From assembly GCA_051362555.1 (NCBI GenBank), contig JBPQGU010000016.1:3968001-4032000 (forward strand): DNA of 64,000 nucleotides, written 5' to 3'. Under the pieces are notes generated by a model that worked only from the letters and a program-made list of their open reading frames with translations, was not told the origin of the DNA and did no database searches. The stretch's first letter is position 1; the number at the start of each line of letters is the position of its first letter. This DNA is from Lingula anatina. Taxonomy: Eukaryota; Animalia; Brachiopoda. Below, piece after piece: positions 35,101-50,100 of the stretch. Position numbers and translations under genes: made by a program.

Positions 35101-38100
35101 GTCATTTGTAGTAAGAATAAAGTGCTGGAAGAGTGGTGGTGTCAACATTAAGGAAGAAATAGAGCAAAAACTCTCTCTCCCCCCCCCCTCTCAGATTCTG
35201 TTCTCAGAGCTTATTTTTGGATCATCTTTAAAGCTAGAATTGGGGGCCTTGATGAAGTGACCCGGGCGCGTTTCCACATTTTTTATGAATGACAGGTGTG
35301 GTAGATTGATTTTCCTCACTTTTTGGAAAAATCGGAGACGGGTCGATTTTTGGTGATTTTGAGTGATTTTGAACAGTGCCGGCACTGTGAGATTTCTTCA
35401 ATTTTGGCCAGGTAGGGATGAAAATTTTTTTTCTTCATTATAGTGTCAGGTAGGTGTGTTCGGTCATTTGTAGTAAGAATAAAGTGCTGGAAGAGTGGTG
35501 GTGTCAACATTAAGGAAGAAATAGAGCAAAAACTCTCTCTCCCCCCCCCTCTCAGATTCTGTTCTCAGAGCTTATTTTTGGATCATCTTTAAAGCTAGAA
35601 TTGGGGGCCTTGATGAAGTGACCCGGGCGCGTTTCCACATTTTTTATGAATGACAGGTGTGGTAGATTGATTTTCCTCACTTTTTGGAAAAATCGGAGAC
35701 GGGTCGATTTTTGGTGATTTTGAGTGATTTTGAACAGTGCCGGCACTGTGAGATTTCTTCAATTTTGGCCAGGTAGGGATGAAAATTTTTTTTCTTCATT
35801 ATAGTGTCAGGTAGGTGTGTTCGGTCATTTGTAGTAAGAATAAAGTGCTGGAAGAGTGGTGGTGTCAACATTAAGGAAGAAATAGAGCAAAAACTCTCTC
35901 TCCCCCCCCCCTCTCAGATTCTGTTCTCAGAGCTTATTTTTGGATCATCTTTAAAGCTAGAATTGGGGGCCTTGATGAAGTGACCCGGGCGCGTTTCCAC
36001 ATTTTTTATGAATGACAGGTGTGGTAGATTGATTTTCCTCACTTTTTGGAAAAATCGGAGACGGGTCGATTTTTGGTGATTTTGAGTGATTTTGAACAGT
36101 GCCGGCACTGTGAGATTTCTTCAATTTTGGCCAGGTAGGGATGAAAATTTTTTTTCTTCATTATAGTGTCAGGTAGGTGTGTTCGGTCATTTGTAGTAAG
36201 AATAAAGTGCTGGAAGAGTGGTGGTGTCAACATTAAGGAAGAAATAGAGCAAAAACTCTCTCTCCCCCCCCCCCCTCTCAGATTCTGTTCTCAGAGCTTA
36301 TTTTTGGATCATCTTTAAAGCTAGAATTGGGGGCCTTGATGAAGTGACCCGGGCGCGTTTCCACATTTTTTATGAATGACAGGTGTGGTAGATTGATTTT
36401 CCTCACTTTTTGGAAAAATCGGAGACGGGTCGATTTTTGGTGATTTTGAGTGATTTTGAACAGTGCCGGCACTGTAAGATTTCTTCAATTTTGGCCAGGT
36501 AGGGATGAAAATTTTTTTTCTTCATTATAGTGTCAGGTAGGTGTGTTCGGTCATTTGTAGTAAGAATAAAGTGCTGGAAGAGTGGTGGTGTCAACATTAA
36601 GGAAGAAATAGAGCAAAAACTCTCTCTCCCCCCCCCCTCTCAGATTCTGTTCTCAGAGCTTATTTTTGGATCATCTTTAAAGCTAGAATTGGGGGCCTTG
36701 ATGAAGTGACCCGGGCGCGTTTCCACATTTTTTATGAATGACAGGTGTGGTAGATTGATTTTCCTCACTTTTTTGGAAAAATCGGAGACGGGTCGATTTT
36801 TGGTGATTTTGAGTGATTTTGAACAGTGCCGGCACTGTGAGATTTCTTCAATTTTGGCCAGGTAGGGATGAAAATTTTTTTTCTTCATTATAGTGTCAGG
36901 TAGGTGTGTTCGGTCATTTGTAGTAAGAATAAAGTGCTGGAAGAGTGGTGGTGTCAACATTAAGGAAGAAATAGAGCAAAAACTCTCTCTCCCCCCCCCC
37001 TCTCAGATTCTGTTCTCAGAGCTTATTTTTGGATCATCTTTAAAGCTAGAATTGGGGGCCTTGATGAAGTGACCCGGGCGCGTTTCCACATTTTTTATGA
37101 ATGACAGGTGTGGTAGATTGATTTTCCTCACTTTTTGGAAAAATCGGAGACGGGTCGATTTTTGGTGATTTTGAGTGATTTTGAACAGTGCCGGCACTGT
37201 GAGATTTCTTCAATTTTGGCCAGGTAGGGATGAAAATTTTTTTTCTTCATTATAGTGTCAGGTAGGTGTGTTCGGTCATTTGTAGTAAGAATAAAGTGCT
37301 GGAAGAGTGGTGGTGTCAACATTAAGGAAGAAATAGAGCAAAAACTCTCTCTCCCCCCCCCCTCTCAGATTCTGTTCTCAGAGCTTATTTTTGGATCATC
37401 TTTAAAGCTAGAATTGGGGGCCTTGATGAAGTGACCCGGGCGCGTTTCCACATTTTTTATGAATGACAGGTGTGGTAGATTGATTTTCCTCACTTTTTGG
37501 AAAAATCGGAGACGGGTCGATTTTTGGTGATTTTGAGTGATTTTGAACAGTGCCGGCACTGTGAGATTTCTTCAATTTTGGCCAGGTAGGGATGAAAATT
37601 TTTTTTCTTCATTATAGTGTCAGGTAGGTGTGTTCGGTCATTTGTAGTAAGAATAAAGTGCTGGAAGAGTGGTGGTGTCAACATTAAGGAAGAAATAGAG
37701 CAAAAACTCTCTCTCCCCCCCCCCTCTCAGATTCTGTTCTCAGAGCTTATTTTTGGATCATCTTTAAAGCTAGAATTGGGGGCCTTGATGAAGTGACCCG
37801 GGCGCGTTTCCACATTTTTTATGAATGACAGGTGTGGTAGATTGATTTTCCTCACTTTTTGGAAAAATCGGAGACGGGTCGATTTTTGGTGATTTTGAGT
37901 GATTTTGAACAGTGCCGGCACTGTGAGATTTCTTCAATTTTGGCCAGGTAGGGATGAAAATTTTTTTTCTTCATTATAGTGTCAGGTAGGTGTGTTCGGT
38001 CATTTGTAGTAAGAATAAAGTGCTGGAAGAGTGGTGGTGTCAACATTAAGGAAGAAATAGAGCAAAAACTCTCTCTCCCCCCCCCCTCTCAGATTCTGTT

Positions 38101-41100
38101 CTCAGAGCTTATTTTTGGATCATCTTTAAAGCTAGAATTGGGGGCCTTGATGAAGTGACCCGGGCGCGTTTCCACATTTTTTATGAATGACAGGTGTGGT
38201 AGATTGATTTTCCTCACTTTTTGGAAAAATCGGAGACGGGTCGATTTTTGGTGATTTTGAGTGATTTTGAACAGTGCCGGCACTGTGAGATTTCTTCAAT
38301 TTTGGCCAGGTAGGGATGAAAATTTTTTTTCTTCATTATAGTGTCAGGTAGGTGTGTTCGGTCATTTGTAGTAAGAATAAAGTGCTGGAAGAGTGGTGGT
38401 GTCAACATTAAGGAAGAAATAGAGCAAAAACTCTCTCTCCCCCCCCCCTCTCAGATTCTGTTCTCAGAGCTTATTTTTGGATCATCTTTAAAGCTAGAAT
38501 TGGGGGCCTTGATGAAGTGACCCGGGCGCGTTTCCACATTTTTTATGAATGACAGGTGTGGTAGATTGATTTTCCTCACTTTTTGGAAAAATCGGAGACG
38601 GGTCGATTTTTGGTGATTTTGAGTGATTTTGAACAGTGCCGGCACTGTGAGATTTCTTCAATTTTGGCCAGGTAGGGATGAAAATTTTTTTTCTTCATTA
38701 TAGTGTCAGGTAGGTGTGTTCGGTCATTTGTAGTAAGAATAAAGTGCTGGAAGAGTGGTGGTGTCAACATTAAGGAAGAAATAGAGCAAAAACTCTCTCT
38801 CCCCCCCCCCTCTCAGATTCTGTTCTCAGAGCTTATTTTTGGATCATCTTTAAAGCTAGAATTGGGGGCCTTGATGAAGTGACCCGGGCGCGTTTCCACA
38901 TTTTTTATGAATGACAGGTGTGGTAGATTGATTTTCCTCACTTTTTGGAAAAATCGGAGACGGGTCGATTTTTGGTGATTTTGAGTGATTTTGAACAGTG
39001 CCGGCACTGTGAGATTTCTTCAATTTTGGCCAGGTAGGGATGAAAATTTTTTTTCTTCATTATAGTGTCAGGTAGGTGTGTTCGGTCATTTGTAGTAAGA
39101 ATAAAGTGCTGGAAGAGTGGTGGTGTCAACATTAAGGAAGAAATAGAGCAAAAACTCTCTCTCCCCCCCCCCTCTCAGATTCTGTTCTCAGAGCTTATTT
39201 TTGGATCATCTTTAAAGCTAGAATTGGGGGCCTTGATGAAGTGACCCGGGCGCGTTTCCACATTTTTTATGAATGACAGGTGTGGTAGATTGATTTTCCT
39301 CACTTTTTGGAAAAATCGGAGACGGGTCGATTTTTGGTGATTTTGAGTGATTTTGAACAGTGCCGGCACTGTGAGATTTCTTCAATTTTGGCCAGGTAGG
39401 GATGAAAATTTTTTTTCTTCATTATAGTGTCAGGTAGGTGTGTTCGGTCATTTGTAGTAAGAATAAAGTGCTGGAAGAGTGGTGGTGTCAACATTAAGGA
39501 AGAAATAGAGCAAAAACTCTCTCTCCCCCCCCCCTCTCAGATTCTGTTCTCAGAGCTTATTTTTGGATCATCTTTAAAGCTAGAATTGGGGGCCTTGATG
39601 AAGTGACCCGGGCGCGTTTCCACATTTTTTATGAATGACAGGTGTGGTAGATTGATTTTCCTCACTTTTTGGAAAAATCGGAGACGGGTCGATTTTTGGT
39701 GATTTTGAGTGATTTTGAACAGTGCCGGCACTGTGAGATTTCTTCAATTTTGGCCAGGTAGGGATGAAAATTTTTTTTCTTCATTATAGTGTCAGGTAGG
39801 TGTGTTCGGTCATTTGTAGTAAGAATAAAGTGCTGGAAGAGTGGTGGTGTCAACATTAAGGAAGAAATAGAGCAAAAACTCTCTCTCCCCCCCCCCTCTC
39901 AGATTCTGTTCTCAGAGCTTATTTTTGGATCATCTTTAAAGCTAGAATTGGGGGCCTTGATGAAGTGACCCGGGCGCGTTTCCACATTTTTTATGAATGA
40001 CAGGTGTGGTAGATTGATTTTCCTCACTTTTTGGAAAAATCGGAGACGGGTCGATTTTTGGTGATTTTGAGTGATTTTGAACAGTGCCGGCACTGTAAGA
40101 TTTCTTCAATTTTGGCCAGGTAGGGATGAAAATTTTTTTTCTTCATTATAGTGTCAGGTAGGTGTGTTCGGTCATTTGTAGTAAGAATAAAGTGCTGGAA
40201 GAGTGGTGGTGTCAACATTAAGGAAGAAATAGAGCAAAAACTCTCTCTCCCCCCCCCCCTCTCAGATTCTGTTCTCAGAGCTTATTTTTGGATCATCTTT
40301 AAAGCTAGAATTGGGGGCCTTGATGAAGTGACCCGGGCGCGTTTCCACATTTTTTATGAATGACAGGTGTGGTAGATTGATTTTCCTCACTTTTTGGAAA
40401 AATCGGAGACGGGTCGATTTTTGGTGATTTTGAGTGATTTTGAACAGTGCCGGCACTGTGAGATTTCTTCAATTTTGGCCAGGTAGGGATGAAAATTTTT
40501 TTTCTTCATTATAGTGTCAGGTAGGTGTGTTCGGTCATTTGTAGTAAGAATAAAGTGCTGGAAGAGTGGTGGTGTCAACATTAAGGAAGAAATAGAGCAA
40601 AAACTCTCTCTCCCCCCCCCCTCTCAGATTCTGTTCTCAGAGCTTATTTTTGGATCATCTTTAAAGCTAGAATTGGGGGCCTTGATGAAGTGACCCGGGC
40701 GCGTTTCCACATTTTTTATGAATGACAGGTGTGGTAGATTGATTTTCCTCACTTTTTGGAAAAATCGGAGACGGGTCGATTTTTGGTGATTTTGAGTGAT
40801 TTTGAACAGTGCCGGCACTGTGAGATTTCTTCAATTTTGGCCAGGTAGGGATGAAAATTTTTTTTCTTCATTATAGTGTCAGGTAGGTGTGTTCGGTCAT
40901 TTGTAGTAAGAATAAAGTGCTGGAAGAGTGGTGGTGTCAACATTAAGGAAGAAATAGAGCAAAAACTCTCTCTCCCCCCCCCCTCTCAGATTCTGTTCTC
41001 AGAGCTTATTTTTGGATCATCTTTAAAGCTAGAATTGGGGGCCTTGATGAAGTGACCCGGGCGCGTTTCCACATTTTTTATGAATGACAGGTGTGGTAGA

Positions 41101-44100
41101 TTGATTTTCCTCACTTTTTGGAAAAATCGGAGACGGGTCGATTTTTGGTGATTTTGAGTGATTTTGAACAGTGCCGGCACTGTGAGATTTCTTCAATTTT
41201 GGCCAGGTAGGGATGAAAATTTTTTTTCTTCATTATAGTGTCAGGTAGGTGTGTTCGGTCATTTGTAGTAAGAATAAAGTGCTGGAAGAGTGGTGGTGTC
41301 AACATTAAGGAAGAAATAGAGCAAAAACTCTCTCTCCCCCCCCCCTCTCAGATTCTGTTCTCAGAGCTTATTTTTGGATCATCTTTAAAGCTAGAATTGG
41401 GGGCCTTGATGAAGTGACCCGGGCGCGTTTCCACATTTTTTATGAATGACAGGTGTGGTAGATTGATTTTCCTCACTTTTTGGAAAAATCGGAGACGGGT
41501 CGATTTTTGGTGATTTTGAGTGATTTTGAACAGTGCCGGCACTGTGAGATTTCTTCAATTTTGGCCAGGTAGGGATGAAAATTTTTTTTCTTCATTATAG
41601 TGTCAGGTAGGTGTGTTCGGTCATTTGTAGTAAGAATAAAGTGCTGGAAGAGTGGTGGTGTCAACATTAAGGAAGAAATAGAGCAAAAACTCTCTCTCCC
41701 CCCCCCCTCTCAGATTCTGTTCTCAGAGCTTATTTTTGGATCATCTTTAAAGCTAGAATTGGGGGCCTTGATGAAGTGACCCGGGCGCGTTTCCACATTT
41801 TTTATGAATGACAGGTGTGGTAGATTGATTTTCCTCACTTTTTGGAAAAATCGGAGACGGGTCGATTTTTGGTGATTTTGAGTGATTTTGAACAGTGCCG
41901 GCACTGTGAGATTTCTTCAATTTTGGCCAGGTAGGGATGAAAATTTTTTTTCTTCATTATAGTGTCAGGTAGGTGTGTTCGGTCATTTGTAGTAAGAATA
42001 AAGTGCTGGAAGAGTGGTGGTGTCAACATTAAGGAAGAAATAGAGCAAAAACTCTCTCTCCCCCCCCCCTCTCAGATTCTGTTCTCAGAGCTTATTTTTG
42101 GATCATCTTTAAAGCTAGAATTGGGGGCCTTGATGAAGTGACCCGGGCGCGTTTCCACATTTTTTATGAATGACAGGTGTGGTAGATTGATTTTCCTCAC
42201 TTTTTGGAAAAATCGGAGACGGGTCGATTTTTGGTGATTTTGAGTGATTTTGAACAGTGCCGGCACTGTGAGATTTCTTCAATTTTGGCCAGGTAGGGAT
42301 GAAAATTTTTTTTCTTCATTATAGTGTCAGGTAGGTGTGTTCGGTCATTTGTAGTAAGAATAAAGTGCTGGAAGAGTGGTGGTGTCAACATTAAGGAAGA
42401 AATAGAGCAAAAACTCTCTCTCCCCCCCCCCTCTCAGATTCTGTTCTCAGAGCTTATTTTTGGATCATCTTTAAAGCTAGAATTGGGGGCCTTGATGAAG
42501 TGACCCGGGCGCGTTTCCACATTTTTTATGAATGACAGGTGTGGTAGATTGATTTTCCTCACTTTTTGGAAAAATCGGAGACGGGTCGATTTTTGGTGAT
42601 TTTGAGTGATTTTGAACAGTGCCGGCACTGTGAGATTTCTTCAATTTTGGCCAGGTAGGGATGAAAATTTTTTTTCTTCATTATAGTGTCAGGTAGGTGT
42701 GTTCGGTCATTTGTAGTAAGAATAAAGTGCTGGAAGAGTGGTGGTGTCAACATTAAGGAAGAAATAGAGCAAAAACTCTCTCTCCCCCCCCCCTCTCAGA
42801 TTCTGTTCTCAGAGCTTATTTTTGGATCATCTTTAAAGCTAGAATTGGGGGCCTTGATGAAGTGACCCGGGCGCGTTTCCACATTTTTTATGAATGACAG
42901 GTGTGGTAGATTGATTTTCCTCACTTTTTGGAAAAATCGGAGACGGGTCGATTTTTGGTGATTTTGAGTGATTTTGAACAGTGCCGGCACTGTGAGATTT
43001 CTTCAATTTTGGCCAGGTAGGGATGAAAATTTTTTTTCTTCATTATAGTGTCAGGTAGGTGTGTTCGGTCATTTGTAGTAAGAATAAAGTGCTGGAAGAG
43101 TGGTGGTGTCAACATTAAGGAAGAAATAGAGCAAAAACTCTCTCTCCCCCCCCCCTCTCAGATTCTGTTCTCAGAGCTTATTTTTGGATCATCTTTAAAG
43201 CTAGAATTGGGGGCCTTGATGAAGTGACCCGGGCGCGTTTCCACATTTTTTATGAATGACAGGTGTGGTAGATTGATTTTCCTCACTTTTTGGAAAAATC
43301 GGAGACGGGTCGATTTTTGGTGATTTTGAGTGATTTTGAACAGTGCCGGCACTGTAAGATTTCTTCAATTTTGGCCAGGTAGGGATGAAAATTTTTTTTC
43401 TTCATTATAGTGTCAGGTAGGTGTGTTCGGTCATTTGTAGTAAGAATAAAGTGCTGGAAGAGTGGTGGTGTCAACATTAAGGAAGAAATAGAGCAAAAAC
43501 TCTCTCTCCCCCCCCCCTCTCAGATTCTGTTCTCAGAGCTTATTTTTGGATCATCTTTAAAGCTAGAATTGGGGGCCTTGATGAAGTGACCCGGGCGCGT
43601 TTCCACATTTTTTATGAATGACAGGTGTGGTAGATTGATTTTCCTCACTTTTTGGAAAAATCGGAGACGGGTCGATTTTTGGTGATTTTGAGTGATTTTG
43701 AACAGTGCCGGCACTGTGAGATTTCTTCAATTTTGGCCAGGTAGGGATGAAAATTTTTTTTCTTCATTATAGTGTCAGGTAGGTGTGTTCGGTCATTTGT
43801 AGTAAGAATAAAGTGCTGGAAGAGTGGTGGTGTCAACATTAAGGAAGAAATAGAGCAAAAACTCTCTCTCCCCCCCCCCTCTCAGATTCTGTTCTCAGAG
43901 CTTATTTTTGGATCATCTTTAAAGCTAGAATTGGGGGCCTTGATGAAGTGACCCGGGCGCGTTTCCACATTTTTTATGAATGACAGGTGTGGTAGATTGA
44001 TTTTCCTCACTTTTTGGAAAAATCGGAGACGGGTCGATTTTTGGTGATTTTGAGTGATTTTGAACAGTGCCGGCACTGTGAGATTTCTTCAATTTTGGCC

Positions 44101-47100
44101 AGGTAGGGATGAAAATTTTTTTTCTTCATTATAGTGTCAGGTAGGTGTGTTCGGTCATTTGTAGTAAGAATAAAGTGCTGGAAGAGTGGTGGTGTCAACA
44201 TTAAGGAAGAAATAGAGCAAAAACTCTCTCTCCCCCCCCCCTCTCAGATTCTGTTCTCAGAGCTTATTTTTGGATCATCTTTAAAGCTAGAATTGGGGGC
44301 CTTGATGAAGTGACCCGGGCGCGTTTCCACATTTTTTATGAATGACAGGTGTGGTAGATTGATTTTCCTCACTTTTTGGAAAAATCGGAGACGGGTCGAT
44401 TTTTGGTGATTTTGAGTGATTTTGAACAGTGCCGGCACTGTGAGATTTCTTCAATTTTGGCCAGGTAGGGATGAAAATTTTTTTTCTTCATTATAGTGTC
44501 AGGTAGGTGTGTTCGGTCATTTGTAGTAAGAATAAAGTGCTGGAAGAGTGGTGGTGTCAACATTAAGGAAGAAATAGAGCAAAAACTCTCTCTCCCCCCC
44601 CCCTCTCAGATTCTGTTCTCAGAGCTTATTTTTGGATCATCTTTAAAGCTAGAATTGGGGGCCTTGATGAAGTGACCCGGGCGCGTTTCCACATTTTTTA
44701 TGAATGACAGGTGTGGTAGATTGATTTTCCTCACTTTTTGGAAAAATCGGAGACGGGTCGATTTTTGGTGATTTTGAGTGATTTTGAACAGTGCCGGCAC
44801 TGTAAGATTTCTTCAATTTTGGCCAGGTAGGGATGAAAATTTTTTTTCTTCATTATAGTGTCAGGTAGGTGTGTTCGGTCATTTGTAGTAAGAATAAAGT
44901 GCTGGAAGAGTGGTGGTGTCAACATTAAGGAAGAAATAGAGCAAAAACTCTCTCTCCCCCCCCCCTCTCAGATTCTGTTCTCAGAGCTTATTTTTGGATC
45001 ATCTTTAAAGCTAGAATTGGGGGCCTTGATGAAGTGACCCGGGCGCGTTTCCACATTTTTTATGAATGACAGGTGTGGTAGATTGATTTTCCTCACTTTT
45101 TGGAAAAATCGGAGACGGGTCGATTTTTGGTGATTTTGAGTGATTTTGAACAGTGCCGGCACTGTGAGATTTCTTCAATTTTGGCCAGGTAGGGATGAAA
45201 ATTTTTTTTCTTCATTATAGTGTCAGGTAGGTGTGTTCGGTCATTTGTAGTAAGAATAAAGTGCTGGAAGAGTGGTGGTGTCAACATTAAGGAAGAAATA
45301 GAGCAAAAACTCTCTCTCCCCCCCCCCTCTCAGATTCTGTTCTCAGAGCTTATTTTTGGATCATCTTTAAAGCTAGAATTGGGGGCCTTGATGAAGTGAC
45401 CCGGGCGCGTTTCCACATTTTTTATGAATGACAGGTGTGGTAGATTGATTTTCCTCACTTTTTGGAAAAATCGGAGACGGGTCGATTTTTGGTGATTTTG
45501 AGTGATTTTGAACAGTGCCGGCACTGTGAGATTTCTTCAATTTTGGCCAGGTAGGGATGAAAATTTTTTTTCTTCATTATAGTGTCAGGTAGGTGTGTTC
45601 GGTCATTTGTAGTAAGAATAAAGTGCTGGAAGAGTGGTGGTGTCAACATTAAGGAAGAAATAGAGCAAAAACTCTCTCTCCCCCCCCCCTCTCAGATTCT
45701 GTTCTCAGAGCTTATTTTTGGATCATCTTTAAAGCTAGAATTGGGGGCCTTGATGAAGTGACCCGGGCGCGTTTCCACATTTTTTATGAATGACAGGTGT
45801 GGTAGATTGATTTTCCTCACTTTTTGGAAAAATCGGAGACGGGTCGATTTTTGGTGATTTTGAGTGATTTTGAACAGTGCCGGCACTGTGAGATTTCTTC
45901 AATTTTGGCCAGGTAGGGATGAAAATTTTTTTTCTTCATTATAGTGTCAGGTAGGTGTGTTCGGTCATTTGTAGTAAGAATAAAGTGCTGGAAGAGTGGT
46001 GGTGTCAACATTAAGGAAGAAATAGAGCAAAAACTCTCTCTCCCCCCCCCCCTCTCAGATTCTGTTCTCAGAGCTTATTTTTGGATCATCTTTAAAGCTA
46101 GAATTGGGGGCCTTGATGAAGTGACCCGGGCGCGTTTCCACATTTTTTATGAATGACAGGTGTGGTAGATTGATTTTCCTCACTTTTTGGAAAAATCGGA
46201 GACGGGTCGATTTTTGGTGATTTTGAGTGATTTTGAACAGTGCCGGCACTGTGAGATTTCTTCAATTTTGGCCAGGTAGGGATGAAAATTTTTTTTCTTC
46301 ATTATAGTGTCAGGTAGGTGTGTTCGGTCATTTGTAGTAAGAATAAAGTGCTGGAAGAGTGGTGGTGTCAACATTAAGGAAGAAATAGAGCAAAAACTCT
46401 CTCTCCCCCCCCCCTCTCAGATTCTGTTCTCAGAGCTTATTTTTGGATCATCTTTAAAGCTAGAATTGGGGGCCTTGATGAAGTGACCCGGGCGCGTTTC
46501 CACATTTTTTATGAATGACAGGTGTGGTAGATTGATTTTCCTCACTTTTTGGAAAAATCGGAGACGGGTCGATTTTTGGTGATTTTGAGTGATTTTGAAC
46601 AGTGCCGGCACTGTGAGATTTCTTCAATTTTGGCCAGGTAGGGATGAAAATTTTTTTTCTTCATTATAGTGTCAGGTAGGTGTGTTCGGTCATTTGTAGT
46701 AAGAATAAAGTGCTGGAAGAGTGGTGGTGTCAACATTAAGGAAGAAATAGAGCAAAAACTCTCTCTCCCCCCCCCCTCTCAGATTCTGTTCTCAGAGCTT
46801 ATTTTTGGATCATCTTTAAAGCTAGAATTGGGGGCCTTGATGAAGTGACCCGGGCGCGTTTCCACATTTTTTATGAATGACAGGTGTGGTAGATTGATTT
46901 TCCTCACTTTTTGGAAAAATCGGAGACGGGTCGATTTTTGGTGATTTTGAGTGATTTTGAACAGTGCCGGCACTGTGAGATTTCTTCAATTTTGGCCAGG
47001 TAGGGATGAAAATTTTTTTTCTTCATTATAGTGTCAGGTAGGTGTGTTCGGTCATTTGTAGTAAGAATAAAGTGCTGGAAGAGTGGTGGTGTCAACATTA

Positions 47101-50100
47101 AGGAAGAAATAGAGCAAAAACTCTCTCTCCCCCCCCCCTCTCAGATTCTGTTCTCAGAGCTTATTTTTGGATCATCTTTAAAGCTAGAATTGGGGGCCTT
47201 GATGAAGTGGGCGCGTTTCCACATTTTTTATGAATGACAGGTGTGGTAGATTGATTTTCCTCACTTTTTGGAAAAATCGGAGACGGGTCGATTTTTGGTG
47301 ATTTTGAGTGATTTTGAACAGTGCCGGCACTGTGAGATTTCTTCAATTTTGGCCAGGTAGGGATGAAAATTTTTTTTCTTCATTATAGTGTCAGGTAGGT
47401 GTGTTCGGTCATTTGTAGTAAGAATAAAGTGCTGGAAGAGTGGTGGTGTCAACATTAAGGAAGAAATAGAGCAAAAACTCTCTCTCCCCCCCCCCCTCTC
47501 AGATTCTGTTCTCAGAGCTTATTTTTGGATCATCTTTAAAGCTAGAATTGGGGGCCTTGATGAAGTGACCCGGGCGCGTTTCCACATTTTTTATGAATGA
47601 CAGGTGTGGTAGATTGATTTTCCTCACTTTTTGGAAAAATCGGAGACGGGTCGATTTTTGGTGATTTTGAGTGATTTTGAACAGTGCCGGCACTGTGAGA
47701 TTTCTTCAATTTTGGCCAGGTAGGGATGAAAATTTTTTTTCTTCATTATAGTGTCAGGTAGGTGTGTTCGGTCATTTGTAGTAAGAATAAAGTGCTGGAA
47801 GAGTGGTGGTGTCAACATTAAGGAAGAAATAGAGCAAAAACTCTCTCTCCCCCCCCCCTCTCAGATTCTGTTCTCAGAGCTTATTTTTGGATCATCTTTA
47901 AAGCTAGAATTGGGGGCCTTGATGAAGTGACCCGGGCGCGTTTCCACATTTTTTATGAATGACAGGTGTGGTAGATTGATTTTCCTCACTTTTTGGAAAA
48001 ATCGGAGACGGGTCGATTTTTGGTGATTTTGAGTGATTTTGAACAGTGCCGGCACTGTGAGATTTCTTCAATTTTGGCCAGGTAGGGATGAAAATTTTTT
48101 TTCTTCATTATAGTGTCAGGTAGGTGTGTTCGGTCATTTGTAGTAAGAATAAAGTGCTGGAAGAGTGGTGGTGTCAACATTAAGGAAGAAATAGAGCAAA
48201 AACTCTCTCTCCCCCCCCCCCTCTCAGATTCTGTTCTCAGAGCTTATTTTTGGATCATCTTTAAAGCTAGAATTGGGGGCCTTGATGAAGTGACCCGGGC
48301 GCGTTTCCACATTTTTTATGAATGACAGGTGTGGTAGATTGATTTTCCTCACTTTTTGGAAAAATCGGAGACGGGTCGATTTTTGGTGATTTTGAGTGAT
48401 TTTGAACAGTGCCGGCACTGTGAGATTTCTTCAATTTTGGCCAGGTAGGGATGAAAATTTTTTTTCTTCATTATAGTGTCAGGTAGGTGTGTTCGGTCAT
48501 TTGTAGTAAGAATAAAGTGCTGGAAGAGTGGTGGTGTCAACATTAAGGAAGAAATAGAGCAAAAACTCTCTCTCCCCCCCCCCCTCTCAGATTCTGTTCT
48601 CAGAGCTTATTTTTGGATCATCTTTAAAGCTAGAATTGGGGGCCTTGATGAAGTGACCCGGGCGCGTTTCCACATTTTTTATGAATGACAGGTGTGGTAG
48701 ATTGATTTTCCTCACTTTTTGGAAAAATCGGAGACGGGTCGATTTTTGGTGATTTTGAGTGATTTTGAACAGTGCCGGCACTGTGAGATTTCTTCAATTT
48801 TGGCCAGGTAGGGATGAAAATTTTTTTTCTTCATTATAGTGTCAGGTAGGTGTGTTCGGTCATTTGTAGTAAGAATAAAGTGCTGGAAGAGTGGTGGTGT
48901 CAACATTAAGGAAGAAATAGAGCAAAAACTCTCTCTCCCCCCCCCCCTCTCAGATTCTGTTCTCAGAGCTTATTTTTGGATCATCTTTAAAGCTAGAATT
49001 GGGGGCCTTGATGAAGTGACCCGGGCGCGTTTCCACATTTTTTATGAATGACAGGTGTGGTAGATTGATTTTCCTCACTTTTTGGAAAAATCGGAGACGG
49101 GTCGATTTTTGGTGATTTTGAGTGATTTTGAACAGTGCCGGCACTGTGAGATTTCTTCAATTTTGGCCAGGTAGGGATGAAAATTTTTTTTCTTCATTAT
49201 AGTGTCAGGTAGGTGTGTTCGGTCATTTGTAGTAAGAATAAAGTGCTGGAAGAGTGGTGGTGTCAACATTAAGGAAGAAATAGAGCAAAAACTCTCTCTC
49301 CCCCCCCCCCTCTCAGATTCTGTTCTCAGAGCTTATTTTTGGATCATCTTTAAAGCTAGAATTGGGGGCCTTGATGAAGTGACCCGGGCGCGTTTCCACA
49401 TTTTTTATGAATGACAGGTGTGGTAGATTGATTTTCCTCACTTTTTGGAAAAATCGGAGACGGGTCGATTTTTGGTGATTTTGAGTGATTTTGAACAGTG
49501 CCGGCACTGTGAGATTTCTTCAATTTTGGCCAGGTAGGGATGAAAATTTTTTTTCTTCATTATAGTGTCAGGTAGGTGTGTTCGGTCATTTGTAGTAAGA
49601 ATAAAGTGCTGGAAGAGTGGTGGTGTCAACATTAAGGAAGAAATAGAGCAAAAACTCTCTCTCCCCCCCCCCCTCTCAGATTCTGTTCTCAGAGCTTATT
49701 TTTGGATCATCTTTAAAGCTAGAATTGGGGGCCTTGATGAAGTGACCCGGGCGCGTTTCCACATTTTTTATGAATGACAGGTGTGGTAGATTGATTTTCC
49801 TCACTTTTTGGAAAAATCGGAGACGGGTCGATTTTTGGTGATTTTGAGTGATTTTGAACAGTGCCGGCACTGTGAGATTTCTTCAATTTTGGCCAGGTAG
49901 GGATGAAAATTTTTTTTCTTCATTATAGTGTCAGGTAGGTGTGTTCGGTCATTTGTAGTAAGAATAAAGTGCTGGAAGAGTGGTGGTGTCAACATTAAGG
50001 AAGAAATAGAGCAAAAACTCTCTCTCCCCCCCCCCCTCTCAGATTCTGTTCTCAGAGCTTATTTTTGGATCATCTTTAAAGCTAGAATTGGGGGCCTTGA